Shown here one piece after another: positions 1 to 14,788 of a stretch of DNA of 64,000 nucleotides. Location: the NCBI RefSeq assembly GCF_964355755.1, contig NC_092677.1, positions 20,668,101 through 20,732,100 of the forward strand, in the 5' to 3' direction. The stretch comes from Antedon mediterranea (Eukaryota > Animalia > Echinodermata). Numbering within the stretch: the first letter of the stretch is position 1; every line of letters starts with the position of its first letter. The translations under genes and the position numbers were made by a program. A model generated the notes under the pieces. That model did no database searches. It saw nothing but the letters and a program-made list of their open reading frames with translations, and had not been told where the DNA came from.

Positions 1-1277
1 AAACCATTTTGTTCATTTCGATGAAACTTGGTTACACAAAAACATCAAATTGCACAAAATGGCTTAATATGGTATGGGAAAACGTTTTAGACCATTTTGA
101 ACATTTCGAGAAAACTTTTTCACACAAAACTTCAAAGTGTACAGAATAGCTTCAAATCGCATTAGAAACCGTTTTAGACCATTTTGAGCATTTCGAAAAA
201 ACTTTTTCACACAAAACATCAAAGTTTACAAAATAGCTTCAAATCGCATTTGGAGACGTTTTAGACCATTTTGTGATTTTCGAAAAAACTTGTTAACATA
301 AAAACACCAAAGTGCTCAGAATACCTTCAAATCGCATTTTGAGACGTTTTAGACCATTTTGTGATTTTCGAAAAAACTTGTTAACATAAAAATACCAAAG
401 TGCTCTGAATACCTTCAAATCGTGTTTTGAGACGTTTTAGACCATTTTGTGATTTTCGAAAAAACTTGTTAACATAAAAACACCAAAGTGCTCAGAATAC
501 CTTCAAATCGCATTTGGAGACGTTTTAGACCATTTTGTGATTTTCGAAAAAACTTGTTAACATAAAAACACCAAAGTGCTCAGAAAAGCTTCAAATCGCA
601 ATTGGAGACGTTTTAAACCATTTTGTTCATTTCGATGAAACTTGGTTACACAAAAACATCAAATTGCACAAAATGGCTTAATATGGTATGGGAAAACGTT
701 TTAGACCATTTTGAACAATTCGAGAAAACTTTTTCACACAAAACTTCAAAGTGTACAGAATAGCTTCAAATCGCATTAGAAACCGTTTTAGACCATTTTG
801 AGCATTTCGAAAAAACTTTTTCACACAAAACATCAAAGTTTACAAAATAGCTTCAAATCGCATTTGGAGACGTTTTAGACCATTTTGTGATTTTCGAAAA
901 AACTTGTTAACATAAAAACACCAAAGTGCTCAGAATACCTTCAAATCGCATTTTGAGACGTTTTAGACCATTTTGTGATTTTCGAAAAAACTTGTTAACA
1001 TAAAAATACCAAAGTGCTCTGAATACCTTCAAATCGTTTTTTGAGACGTTTTAGACCATTTTGTGATTTTCGAAAAAACTTGTTAACATAAAAACACCAA
1101 AGTGCTCAGAATACCTTCAAATCGCATTTGGAGACGTTTTAGACCATTTTGTGATTTTCGAAAAAACTTGTTAACATAAAAACACCAAAGTGCTCAGAAA
1201 AGCTTCAAATCGCATTTGGAGACGTTTTAAACCATTTTGTTCATTTCGATGAAACTTGGTTACACAAAAACATCAAA
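1..1277. repeat. Tandem 614-bp (7-monomer) higher-order duplication
   Basis: Position 1 aligns with 615. Rare variants AATACCAAAG and TGCTCTGAAT at about 391-410 recur 614 bp later at about 1005-1024. Confidence 0.9.
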
Positions 1278-4200
1278 GAGCACAAAAGTATTTAAAAACG
1301 TTTTAGACCATTTTGAGCATTCCGACAAAACTTTTTCACACAAAACATCAAAGTGTACAGAATAGCTTTAAATCGCATTTGGAGACGTTTTAGACCATTT
1401 TGTAGTTTTCGAAAAAACTTGTTAACATAAAAACACAAAAGAGCTTCAAATCGCATTTGGAGACGTTTTAGACCCTTTTGTGCATTTCGATGAAACTTGG
1501 TTACACAAAAACATCAAAGTGCTTAAAATCACATTAGAAACCGTTTTAGACCATTTTGAGCATTTCGTTAAAACTTTTCACACAAAAACATCAAAGTCCC
1601 CAAAATAGCTTAATATCGTATTCAAAAACGTTTTAGACCATTTTGAGCATTTCGAAAAAACTTTTTCACACAAAACATCAAAGTTTACAAAATAGCTTCA
1701 AATCGCATTTGGAGACGTTTTAGACCATTTTGTGATTTTCGAAAAAACTTGTTAACATAAAAACACCAAAGTGCTCAGAATACCTTCAAATCGCATTTTG
1801 AGACGTTTTAGGCCATTTTGTGATTTTGGAAAAAACTTGTTAACATAAAAACACCAAAGTGCTCAGAATACCTTCAAATCGTATTTTGAGACGTTTTAGA
1901 CAATTTTGTGATTTTCGAAAAAACTTGTTAACATAAAAACACCAAAGTGCTTAGAAAAGCTTCAAATCGCATTTGGAGACGTTTTAGACCATTTTGTGCA
2001 TTTCGATGAAACTTGGTTACACAAAAACATCAAAGTGTACAGAATAGCTTCAAATCGCATTAGAAACCGTTTTAGACCATTTTGAGCATTTCGAAAAAAC
2101 TTTTTCACACAAAACATCAAAGTGTACAAAATAGCTTCAAATCGCATTTGGAGACGTTTTAGACAATTTTGTGATTTTCGAAAAAACTTGTTTACATAAA
2201 AACACCAAAGTGCTAAGAATAGCTTCCAATCGCATTTGGAGACGTTTTAGACCCTTTTGTGCATTTCGATGAAACTTGGTTACACAAAAACATCAAAGTG
2301 CTTAAAATCACATTAGAAACCGTTTTAGACCATTTTGAGCATTTCGTTAAAATTTTTCACAGAAAAACATCAAAGAGCAAAAAATAGCTTAATATCGTAT
2401 TTAAAAACGTTTTAGACCATTTTGAGCATTTCGACAAAACTTTTTCACACAAAACATCAAAGTGTACAGAATAGCTTAATATCGCATTTGGAGACGTTTT
2501 AACCCATTTTGAGCATTTCGATAAAATTTTACACACAAAAACATCAAAGTGCACAAAATAGCTTAATATGGTATTTAAAAACGTTTTAGAACATTTTGAG
2601 CATTTCAACAAAACTTTTTCTCACAAAACATCAAAGTGTACAGAATAGCTTCAAATCGCATTTGGAGACGTTTTAGACCATTTTGTGCATTTCGATGAAA
2701 CTTGGTTACACAAAAACATCAAAGTGCTTAAAATCACATTTTGAGCATTTCGTTAAAACTTTTCACACAAAAACATCAAAGAGTAAAAAATAGCTTAATA
2801 TCGTATTTAAAAACGTTTTAGACCATTTGGAGCATTTCGACAAAATTTTTTCACACAAAACATCAAAGTGTACAGAATAGCTTTAAATCGCATTTGGAGA
2901 CGTTTTAGACCATTTTGTTAATTTCGATGAAACAAAAACACAAAAACATCAAATTGCACAAAATGGCTTAATATGATATGGGAAAACGTTTTAGACCATT
3001 TTGAACATTTCGTTAAAAGTTTTCACACAAAAACATCACAGTCCACAAAATAGCTTAATATCGTATTTAAAAACGTTTTAGACCATTTTGAGCATTTCGA
3101 AAAAACTTTTTCACACTAAACATCAAAGTTTACAAAATAGCTTCAAATCGCATTTGGAGACGTTTTAGACCATTTTGTGATTTTCGAAAAAACTTGTTAA
3201 CATAAAAACACCAAAGTGCTCAGAATACCTTCAAATCGCATTTTGAGACGTTTTAGACCATTTTGTGATTTTCGAAAAAACTTGTTAACATAAAAACACC
3301 AAAGTGCTCAGAATACCTTCAAATCGTGTTTTGAGACGTTTTAGACCATTTTGTGATTTTCGAAAAAACTTGTTAACATAAAAACACCAAAGTGCTCAGA
3401 ATACCTTCAAATCGCATTTTGAGACGTTTTAGACCATTTTGTGATTTTCGAAAAAACTTGTTAACATAAAAACACCAAAGTGCTCAGAATACCTTCAAAT
3501 CGTGTTTTGAGACGTTTTAGACCATTTTGTGATTTTCGAAAAAACTTGTTAACATAAAAACACCAAAGTGCTTAGAAAAGCTTCAAATCGCATTTGGATA
3601 CGTTTTAGACCATTTTGTTCATTTCGATGAAACTTGGTTACACAAAAACATCAAAGAGCACAAAAGATCTTAATATCGTATTTAAAAACGTTTTAGACCA
3701 TTTTGAGCATTTCGAAAAAACTTTTTCACACAAAACATCAAAGTGTACAAAATAGCTTCAAATCGCATTTTGAGACGTTTTAGACAATTTTGTGATTTTC
3801 GAAAAAACTTGTTTACATAAAAACACCAAAGTACTTAGAAAAGCTTCAAATCGCATTTGGAGACGTTTTAAACCATTTTGTTCATTTCGATGAAACTTGG
3901 TTACACAAAAACATCAAAGAGCACAAAAGTATTTAAAAACGTTTTAGACCATTTTGAGCATTCCGTCAAAACTTTTTCACACAAAACATCAAAGTGTACA
4001 GAATAGCTTTAAATCGCATTTGGAGACGTTTTAGACCATTTTGTAGTTTTCGAAAAAACTTGTTAACATAAAAACACAAAAGAGCTTCAAATCGCATTTG
4101 GAGACGTTTTAGACCCTTTTGTGCATTTCGATGAAACTTGGTTACACAAAAACATCAAAGTGCTTAAAATCACATTTTGAGCATTTCGTTAAAACTTTTC

Positions 4201-6844
4201 ACACAAAAACATCAAAGAGTAAAAAATAGCTTAATATCGTATTTAAAAACGTTTTAGACCATTTTGAGCATTTCGACAAAATTTTTTCACACAAAACATC
4301 AAAGTGTACAGAATAGCTTTAAATCGCATTTGGAGACGTTTTAGACCATTTTGTTAATTTCGATGAAACAAAAACACAAAAACATCAAATTGCACAAAAT
4401 GGCTTAATATGATATGGGAAAACGTTTTAGACCATTTTGAACATTTCGTTAAAAGTTTTCACACAAAAACATCAAAGTCCACAAAATAGCTTAATATCGT
4501 ATTTAAAAACGTTTTAGACCATTTTGAGCATTTCGAAAAAACTTTTTCACACAAAACATCAAAGTTTACAAAATAGCTTCAAATCGCATTTGGAGACGTT
4601 TTAGACCATTTTGTGATTTTCGAAAAAACTTGTTAACATAAAAACACCAAAGTGCTCAGAAAAGCTTCAAATCGCATTTGGAGACGTTTTAAACCATTTT
4701 GTTCATTTCGATGAAACTTGGTTACACAAAAACATCAAAGAGCACAAAAGTATTTAAAAACGTTTTAGACCATTTTGAGCATTCCGACAAAACTTTTTCA
4801 CACAAAACATCAAAGTGTACAGAATAGCTTTAAATCGCATTTGGAGACGTTTTAACCCATTTTGAGCATTTCGATAAAATTTTACAAACAAAAACATCAA
4901 AGTGCACAAAATAGCTTAATATGGTATTTAAAAACGTTTTAGACCATTTTGAGCATTTCAACAAAACTTTTTCTCACAAAACATCAAAGTGTACAGAATA
5001 GCTTCAAATCGCATTTGGAGACGTTTTAGACCATTTTGTGCATTTCGATGAAACTTGGTTACACAAAAACATCAAAGTGCTTAAAATCACATTTTGAGCA
5101 TTTCGTTAAAACTTTTCACACAAAAACATCAAAGTCCACAAAATAGCTTAATATCGTATTTAAAAACGTTTTAGACCATTTTGAGCATTTCGAAAAAACT
5201 TTTCCACACAAAACATCAAAGTTTACAAAATAGCTTCAAATCGCATTTGGAGACGTTTTAGACCATTTTGTGATTTTCGTAAAAACTTGTTAACATAAAA
5301 ACACCAAAGTGCTTAGAAAAGCTTCAAATCGCATTTGGAGACGTTTTAGACCATTTTGTGCATTTCGATGAAACTTGGTTACACAAAAACATCAAAGTGC
5401 TTAAAATCACATTTTGAACATTTCGTTAAAAGTTTTCACACAAAAACATCAAAGAGTAAAAAATAGCTTAATATCGTATTTAAAAACGTTTTAGACCATT
5501 TTGAGCATTTCGAAAAAACTTTTCCACACAAAACATCAAAGTTTACAAAATAGCTTCAAATCGCATTTGGAGACGTTTTAGACCATTTTGTGATTTTCGA
5601 AAAAACTTGTTAACATAAAAACACCAAAGTGCTCAGAATACCTTCAAATCGCATTTGGAGACGTTTTAGACCATTTTGTGATTTTCGAAAAAACTTGTTA
5701 ACATAAAAACACCAAAGTGCTCAGAAAAGCTTCAAATCGCATTTGGAGACGTTTTAAACCATTTTGTTCATTTCGATGAAACTTGGTTACACAAAAACAT
5801 CAAAGAGCACAAAAGTATTTAAAAACGTTTTAGACCATTTTGAGCATTCCGACAAAACTTTTTCACACAAAACATCAAAGTGTACAGAATAGCTTTAAAT
5901 CGCATTTGGAGACGTTTTAGACCCTTTTGTAGTTTTCGAAAAAACTTGTTAACATAAAAACACAAAAGAGCTTCAAATCGCATTTGGAGACGTTTTAGAC
6001 CCTTTTGTGCATTTCGATGAAACTTGGTTACACAAAAACATCAAAGTGCTTAAAATCACATTAGAAACCGTTTTAGACCATTTTGAGCATTTCGTTAAAA
6101 CTTTTCACACAAAAACATCAAAGTCCACAAAATAGCTTAATATCGTATTTAAAAACGTTTTAGACAATTTTGAGCATTTCGAAAAAACCTTTTCACACAA
6201 AACATCAAAGTTTACAAAATAGCTTCAAATCGCATTTGGAGACGTTTTAGACCATTTTGTGATTTTCGAAAAAACTTGTTAACATAAAAACACCAAAGTG
6301 CTCAGAATACCTTCAAATCGCATTTTGAGACGTTTTAGACCATTTTGTTCATTTCGACGAAACAAAAACACAAAAACATCAAATTGCACAAAATGGCTTA
6401 ATATGATATGGGAAAACGTTTTAGACCATTTTGAACATTTCGTTAAAAGTTTTCACACAAAAACATCAAAGTCCACAAAATAGCTTAATATCGTATTTAA
6501 AAACGTTTTAGACCATTTTGAGCATTTCGAAAAAACTTTTCCACACAAAACATCAAAGTTTACAAAATAGCTTCAAATCGCATTTGGAGACGTTTTAGAC
6601 GATTTTGTGATTTTCGAAAAAACTTGTTAACATAAAAACACAAAAGTGCTCAGAATACCTTCAAATCGCATTTGGAGACGTTTTAGACCATTTTGTAGTT
6701 TTCGAAAAAACTTGTTAACATAAAAACACCAAAGAGCTTCAAATCGCATTTGGAGACGTTTTAGACCCTTTTGTGCATTTCGATGAAACTTGGTTACACA
6801 AAAACATCAAAGTGCTTAAAATCACATTAGAAACCGTTTTAGAC

Positions 6845-9494
6845 CATTTTGAGCATTTCGTTAAAACTTTTCACACAAAAACATCAAAGTCCACAAAATA
6901 GCTTAATATCGTATTTAAAAACGTTTTAGACCATTTTGAGCATTTCGAAAAAACTTTTTCACACAAAACATCAAAGTTTACAAAATAGCTTCAAATCGCA
7001 TTTGAAGACGTTTTAGACCATTTTGTGATTTTCGAAAAAACTTGTTAACATAAAAACACCAAAGTGCTCAGAATACCTTCAAATCGCATTTTGAGACGTT
7101 TTAGACCATTTTGTGATTTTCGAAAAAACAACATAAAAACACCAAAGTGCTCAGAATACCTTCAAATCGCATTTGGAGACGTTTTAGACCATTTTGTGAT
7201 TTTCGAAAAAACTTGTTAACATAAAAACACCAAAGTGCTCAGAATACCTTCAAATCGTATTTTGAGACGTTTTAGACAATTTTGTGATTTTCGAAAAAAC
7301 TTGTTAACATAAAAACACCAAAGTGCTTAGAAAAGCTTCAAATCGCATTTGGAGACGTTTTAGACCATTTTGTGCATTTCGATGAAACTTGGTTACACAA
7401 AAACATCAAAGTGTACAGAATAGCTTCAAATCGCATTAGAAACCGTTTTAGACCATTTTGAGCATTTCGAAAAAACTTTTTCACACCAAACATCAAAGTG
7501 TACAAAATAGCTTCAAATCGCATTTGAAGACGTTTTAGACAATTTTGTGATTTTCGAAAAAACTTGTTTACATAAAAACACGAAAGTGCTAAGAATAGCT
7601 TCCAATCGCATTTGGAGACGTTTTAGACCCTTTTGTGCATTTCGATGAAACTTGGTTACACAAAAACATCAAAGTGCTTAAAATCACATTAGAAACCGTT
7701 TTAGACCATTTTGAGCATTTCGTTAAAATTTTTCACAGAAAAACATCAAAGAGCAAAAAATAGCTTAATATCGTATTTAAAAACGTTTTAGACCATTTTG
7801 AGCATTTCGACAAAACTTTTTCACACAAAATATCAAAGTGTACAGAATAGCTTCAAATCGCATTTTGAGACGTTTTAACCCATTTTGAGCATTTCGATAA
7901 AATTTTACACACAAAAACATCAAAGTGCACAAAATAGCTTAATATGGTATTTAAAAACGTTTTAGACCATTTTGAGCAATTCAACAAAACTTTTTCTCAC
8001 AAAACATCAAAGTGTACAGAATAGCTTCAAATCGCATTTGGAGACGTTTTAGACCATTTTGTGCATTTCGATGAAACTTGGTTACACAAAAACATCAAAG
8101 TGCTTAAAATCACATTTTGAGCATTTCGTTAAAACTTTTCACACAAAAACATCAAAGTCCACAAAATAGCTTAATATCGTATTTAAAAACGTTTTAGACC
8201 ATTTTGAGCATTTCGAAAAAACTTTTTCACACAAAACATCAAAGTTTACAAAATAGCTTCAAATCGCATTTGAAGACGTTTTAGACCATTTTGTGATTTT
8301 CGAAAAAACTTGTTAACATAAAAACACCAAAGTGCTCAGAATACCTTCAAATCGCATTTTGAGACGTTTTAGACCATTTTGTGATTTTCGAAAAAACAAC
8401 ATAAAAACACCAAAGTGCTCAGAATACCTTCAAATCGCATTTGGAGACGTTTTAGACCATTTTGTGATTTTCGAAAAAACTTGTTAACATAAAAACACCA
8501 AAGTGCTCAGAATACCTTCAAATCGTATTTTGAGACGTTTTAGACAATTTTGTGATTTTCGAAAAAACTTGTTAACATAAAAACACCAAAGTGCTTAGAA
8601 AAGCTTCAAATCGCATTTGGAGACGTTTTAGACCATTTTGTGCATTTCGATGAAACTTGGTTACACAAAAACATCAAAGTGTACAGAATAGCTTCAAATC
8701 GCATTAGAAACCGTTTTAGACCATTTTGAGCATTTCGAAAAAACTTTTTCACACCAAACATCAAAGTGTACAAAATAGCTTCAAATCGCATTTGAAGACG
8801 TTTTAGACAATTTTGTGATTTTCGAAAAAACTTGTTTACATAAAAACACGAAAGTGCTAAGAATAGCTTCCAATCGCATTTGGAGACGTTTTAGACCCTT
8901 TTGTGCATTTCGATGAAACTTGGTTACACAAAAACATCAAAGTGCTTAAAATCACATTAGAAACCGTTTTAGACCATTTTGAGCATTTCGTTAAAATTTT
9001 TCACAGAAAAACATCAAAGAGCAAAAAATAGCTTAATATCGTATTTAAAAACGTTTTAGACCATTTTGAGCATTTCGACAAAACTTTTTCACACAAAATA
9101 TCAAAGTGTACAGAATAGCTTCAAATCGCATTTTGAGACGTTTTAACCCATTTTGAGCATTTCGATAAAATTTTACACACAAAAACATCAAAGTGCACAA
9201 AATAGCTTAATATGGTATTTAAAAACGTTTTAGACCATTTTGAGCAATTCAACAAAACTTTTTCTCACAAAACATCAAAGTGTACAGAATAGCTTCAAAT
9301 CGCATTTGGAGACGTTTTAGACCATTTTGTGCATTTCGATGAAACTTGGTTACACAAAAACATCAAAGTGCTTAAAATCACATTTTGAGCATTTCGTTAA
9401 AACTTTTCACACAAAAACATCAAAGTCCACAAAATAGCTTAATATCGTATTTAAAAACGTTTTAGACCATTTTGAGCATTTCGAAAAAACTTTT
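6845..9494. repeat. Tandem 1268-bp duplication (block U, 6845-8112 and 8113-9380)
   Basis: Shared rare variants TTTGAAGACG (about 7001 and 8269), CACGAAAG, AATATCAAAG and GAGCAATTC (about 7974 and 9242). Identical spurious ORFs at 7338 and 8606 are offset by 1268. Confidence 0.92.
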
Positions 9495-12400
9495 CCACAC
9501 CAAACATCAAAGTTTACAAAATAGCTTCAAATCGCATTTGGAGACGTTTTAGACCATTTTGTGATTTTCGAAAAAACTTGTTAACATAAAAACACCAAAG
9601 TGCTCAGAATACCTTCAAATCGCATTTGGAGACGTTTTAGACCCTTTTGTGCATTTCGATGAAACTTGGTTACACAAAAACATCAAAGTGCTTAAAATCA
9701 CATTAGAAACCGTTTTAGACCATTTTGAGCATTTCGTTAAAATTTGTCACAGAAAAACATCAAAGAGCAAAAAATATCTTAATATCGTATTTAAAAACGT
9801 TTTAGACCATTTTGAGCATTTCGACAAAACTTTTTCACACAAAACATCAAAGTGTACAAAATAGCTTCAAATCGCATTTGGAGACGTTTTAACCCATTTT
9901 GAGCATTTCGATAAAATTTTACACACAAAAACATCAAAGTGCACAAAATAGCTTAATATGGTATTTAAAAACGTTTTAGACCATTTTGAGCATTTCAACA
10001 AAACTTTTTCTCACAAAACATCAAAGTGTACAGAATAGCTTCAAATCGCATTTGGAGACGTTTTAGACTTTTTTGTGCATTTCGATGAAACTTGGTTACA
10101 CAAAAACATCAAAGTGCTTAAAATCACATTTTGAGCATTTCGTTAAAACTTTTCACACAAAAACATCAAAGTCCACAAAATAGCTTAATATCGTATTTAA
10201 AAACGTTTTAGACCATTTTGAGCATTTCGAAAAAACTTTTCCACACAAAACATCAAAGTTTACAAAATAGCTTCAAATCGCATTTGGAGACGTTTTAGAC
10301 CATTTTGTGATTTTCGAAAAAACTTGATAACATAAAAACACCAAAGTGCTCAGAATACCTTCAAATCGTGTTTTGAGACGTTTTAGACCATTTTGTAATT
10401 TTCGAAAAAACTTGTTAACATAAAAACACCAAAGTGCTCAGAATACCTTCACATCGCATTTTGAGACGTTTTAGACCATTTTGTGATTTTCGAAAAAACT
10501 TGTTAACATAAAAACACCAAAGTGCTTAGAAAAGCTTGAAATCGCATTTGGAGACGTTTTAGACCATTTTGTGCATTTCGATGAAACTTGGTTACACAAA
10601 AACATCAAAGTGCTTAAAATCACATTTTGAGCATTTCGTTAAAACTTTTCACACAAAAACATCAAAGAGTAAAAAATAGCTTAATATCGTATTTAAAAAC
10701 GTTTTAGACCATTTTGAGCATTTCGACAAAATTTTTTCACACAAAACATCAAAGTGTACAGAATAGCTTTAAATCGCATTTGGAGACGTTTTAGACCATT
10801 TTGTTCATTTCGATGAAACAAAAACACAAAAACATCAAATTGCACAAAATGGCTTAATATGATATGGGAAAACGTTTTAGACCATTTTGAACATTTCGTT
10901 AAAAGTTTTCACACAAAAACATCAAAGTCCACAAAATAGCTTAATATCGTATTTAAAAACGTTTTAGACCATTTTGAGCATTTCGAAAAAACTTTTTCAC
11001 ACAAAACATCAAAGTTTACAAAATAGCTTCAAATCGCATTTGGAGACGTTATAGACCATTTTGTGATTTTCGAAAAAACTTGTTAACATAAAAACACCAA
11101 AGTGCTCAGAATACCTTCAAATCGCATTTTGAGACGTTTTAGACCATTTTGTGATTTTCGAAAAAACTTGTTAACATAAAAATACCAAAGTGCTCAGAAT
11201 CGTGTTTTGAGACGTTTTAGACCATTTTGTGATTTTCGAAAAAACTTGTTAACATAAAAACACCAAAGTGCTCAGAATACCTTCAAATCGCATTTTGAGA
11301 CGTTTTAGACCATTTTGTGATTTTCGAAAAAACTTGTTAACATAAAAACACCAAAGTGCTCAGAATACCTTCAAATCGTGTTTTGAGACGTTTTAGACCA
11401 TTTTGTGATTTTCGAAAAAACTTGTTAACATAAAAACACCAAAGTGCTCAGAATACCTTCAAATCGCATTTTGAGACGTTTTAGACCATTTTGTGATTTT
11501 CGAAAAAACTTGTTAACATAAAAACACCAAAGTGCTCAGAATACCTTCAAATCGTGTTTTGAGACGTTTTAGACCATTTTGTGATTTTCGAAAAAACTTG
11601 TTAACATAAAAACACCAAAGTGCTTAGAAAAGCTTCAAATCGCATTTGGAGACGTTTTAGACCATTTTGTTCATTTCGATGAAACTTGGTTACACAAAAA
11701 CATCAAAGAGCACAAAAGATCTTAATATCGTATTTAAAAACGTTTTAGACCATTTTGAGCATTTCGAAAAAACTTTTTCACACAAAACATCAAAGTGTAC
11801 AAAATAGCTTCAAATCGCATTTTGAGACGTTTTAGACAATTTTGTGATTTTCGAAAAAACTTGTTTACATAAAAACACCAAAGTGCTTAGAAAAGCTTCA
11901 AATCGCATTTGGAGACGTTTTAAACCATTTTGTTCATTTCGATGAAACTTGGTTACACAAAAACATCAAAGAGCACAAAAGTATTTAAAAACGTTTTAGA
12001 CCATTTTGAGCATTCCGTCAAAACTTTTTCACACAAAACATCAAAGTGTACAGAATAGCTTTAAATCGCATTTGGAGACGTTTTAGACCATTTTGTAGTT
12101 TTCGAAAAAACTTGTTAACATAAAAACACAAAAGAGCTTCAAATCGCATTTGGAGACGTTTTAGACCCTTTTGTGCATTTCGATGAAACTTGGTTACACA
12201 AAAACATCGAAGTGCTTAAAATCACATTAGAAACCGTTTTAGACCATTTTGAGCATTTCGTTAAAACTTTTCACACAAAAACATCAAAGTCCACAAAATA
12301 GCTTAATATGGTATTTAAAAACGTTTTAGAACATTTTGAGCATTTCAACAAAACTTTTTCTCACAAAACATCAAAGTGTACAGAATATCTTCAAATCGAA

Positions 12401-14788
12401 TTTGGAGACGTTTTAGACCATTTTGTGCATTTCGATGAAACTTGGTTACACAAAAACATCAAAGTGCTTAAAATCACATTTTGAGCATTTCGTTAAAACT
12501 TTTCACACAAAAACATCAAAGAGTAAAAAATAGCTTAATATCGTATTTAAAAACGTTTTAGACCATTTTGAGCATTTCGACAAAATTTTTTCACACAAAA
12601 CATCAAAGTGTACAGAATAGCTTTAAATCGCATTTGGAGACGTTTTAGACCATTTTGTTAATTTCGATGAAACAAAAACACAAAAACATCAAATTGCACA
12701 AAATGGCTTAATATGATATGGGAAAACGTTTTAGACCATTTTGAACATTTCGTTAAAAGTTTTCACACAAAAACATCAAAGTCCACAAAATAGCTTAACA
12801 TCGTATTTAAAAACGTTTTAGACCATTTTGAGCATTTCGAAAAAACTTTTTCACACAAAACATCAAAGTTTACAAAATAGCTTCAAATCGCATTTGGAGA
12901 CGTTTTAGACCATTTTGTGATTTTCGAAAAAACTTGTTAACATAAAAACACCAAAGTGCTCAGAAAAGCTTCAAATCGCATTTGGAGACGTTTTAAACCA
13001 TTTTGTTCATTTCGATGAAACTTGGTTACACAAAAACATCAAAGAGCACAAAAGTATTTAAAAACGTTTTAGACCATTTTGAGCATTCCGACAAAACTTT
13101 TTCACACAAAACATCAAAGTGTACAGAATAGCTTTAAATCGCATTTGGAGACGTTTTAACCCATTTTGAGCATTTCGATAAAATTTTACAAACAAAAACA
13201 TCAAAGTGCACAAAATAGCTTAATATGGTATTTAAAAACGTTTTAGACCATTTTGAGCATTTCAACAAAACTTTTTCTCACAAAACATCAAAGTGTACAG
13301 AATAGCTTCAAATCGCATTTGGAGACGTTTTAGACCATTTTGTGCATTTCGATGAAACTTGGTTACACAAAAACATCAAAGTGCTTAAAATCACATTTTG
13401 AGCATTTCGTTAAAACTTTTCACACAAAAACATCAAAGTCCACAAAATAGCTTAATATCGTATTTAAAAACGTTTTAGACCATTTTGAGCATTTCGAAAA
13501 AACTTTTCCACACAAAACATCAAAGTTTACAAAATAGCTTCAAATCGCATTTGGAGACGTTTTAGACCATTTTGTGATTTTCGTAAAAACTTGTTAACAT
13601 AAAAACACCAAAGTGCTTAGAAAAGCTTCAAATCGCATTTGGAGACGTTTTAGACCATTTTGTGCATTTCGATGAAACTTGGTTACACAAAAACATCAAA
13701 GTGCTTAAAATCACATTTTGAACATTTCGTTAAAAGTTTTCACACAAAAACATCAAAGAGTAAAAAATAGCTTAATATCGTATTTAAAAACGTTTTAGAC
13801 CATTTTGAGCATTTCGAAAAAACTTTTCCACACAAAACATCAAAGTTTACAAAATAGCTTCAAATCGCATTTGGAGACGTTTTAGACCATTTTGTGATTT
13901 TCGAAAAAACTTGTTAACATAAAAACACCAAAGTGCTCAGAATACCTTCAAATCGCATTTGGAGACGTTTTAGACCATTTTGTTCATTTCGATGAAACAA
14001 AAACACAAAAACATCAAATTGCACAAAATGGCTTAATATGATATGGGAAAACGTTTTAGACCATTTTGAACATTTCGTTAAAAGTTTTCACACAAAAACA
14101 TCAAAGTCCACAAAATAGCTTAATATCGTATTTAAAAACGTTTTAGACCATTTTGAGCATTTCGAAAAAACTTTTCCACACAAAACATCAAAGTTTACAA
14201 AATAGCTTCAAATCGCATTTGGAGACGTTTTAGACCATTTTGTGATTTTCGAAAAAACTTGTTAACATAAAAACACAAAAGTGCTCAGAATACCTTCAAA
14301 TCGCATTTGGAGACGTTTTAGACCATTTTGTGATTTTCGAAAAAACTTGTTTACATAAAAACACCAAAGTGCTTAGAAAAGCTTCAAATCGCATTTGGAG
14401 ACGTTTTAAACCATTTTGTTCATTTCGATGAAACTTGGTTACACAAAAACATCAAAGAGCACAAAAGTATTTAAAAACGTTTTAGACCATTTTGTGCATT
14501 CCGACAAAACTTTTTCACACAAAACATCAAAGTGTACAGAATAGCTTTAAATCGCATTTGGAGACGTTTTAGACCATTTTGTAGTTTTCGAAAAAACTTG
14601 TTAACATAAAAACACCAAAGAGCTTCAAATCGCATTTGGAGACGTTTTAGACCCTTTTGTGCATTTCGATGAAACTTGGTTACACAAAAACATCAAAGTG
14701 CTTAAAATCACATTAGAAACCGTTTTAGACCATTTTGAGCATTTCGTTAAAACTTTTCACACAAAAACATCAAAGTCCACAAAATAGC

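Noticed and set aside
16-31. CENP-B-box-like motif TTTCGATGAAACTTGG
   Set aside because: It matches TTCG and the central A but not the required CGGG (7 of 9 core positions), which is easily reached by chance.
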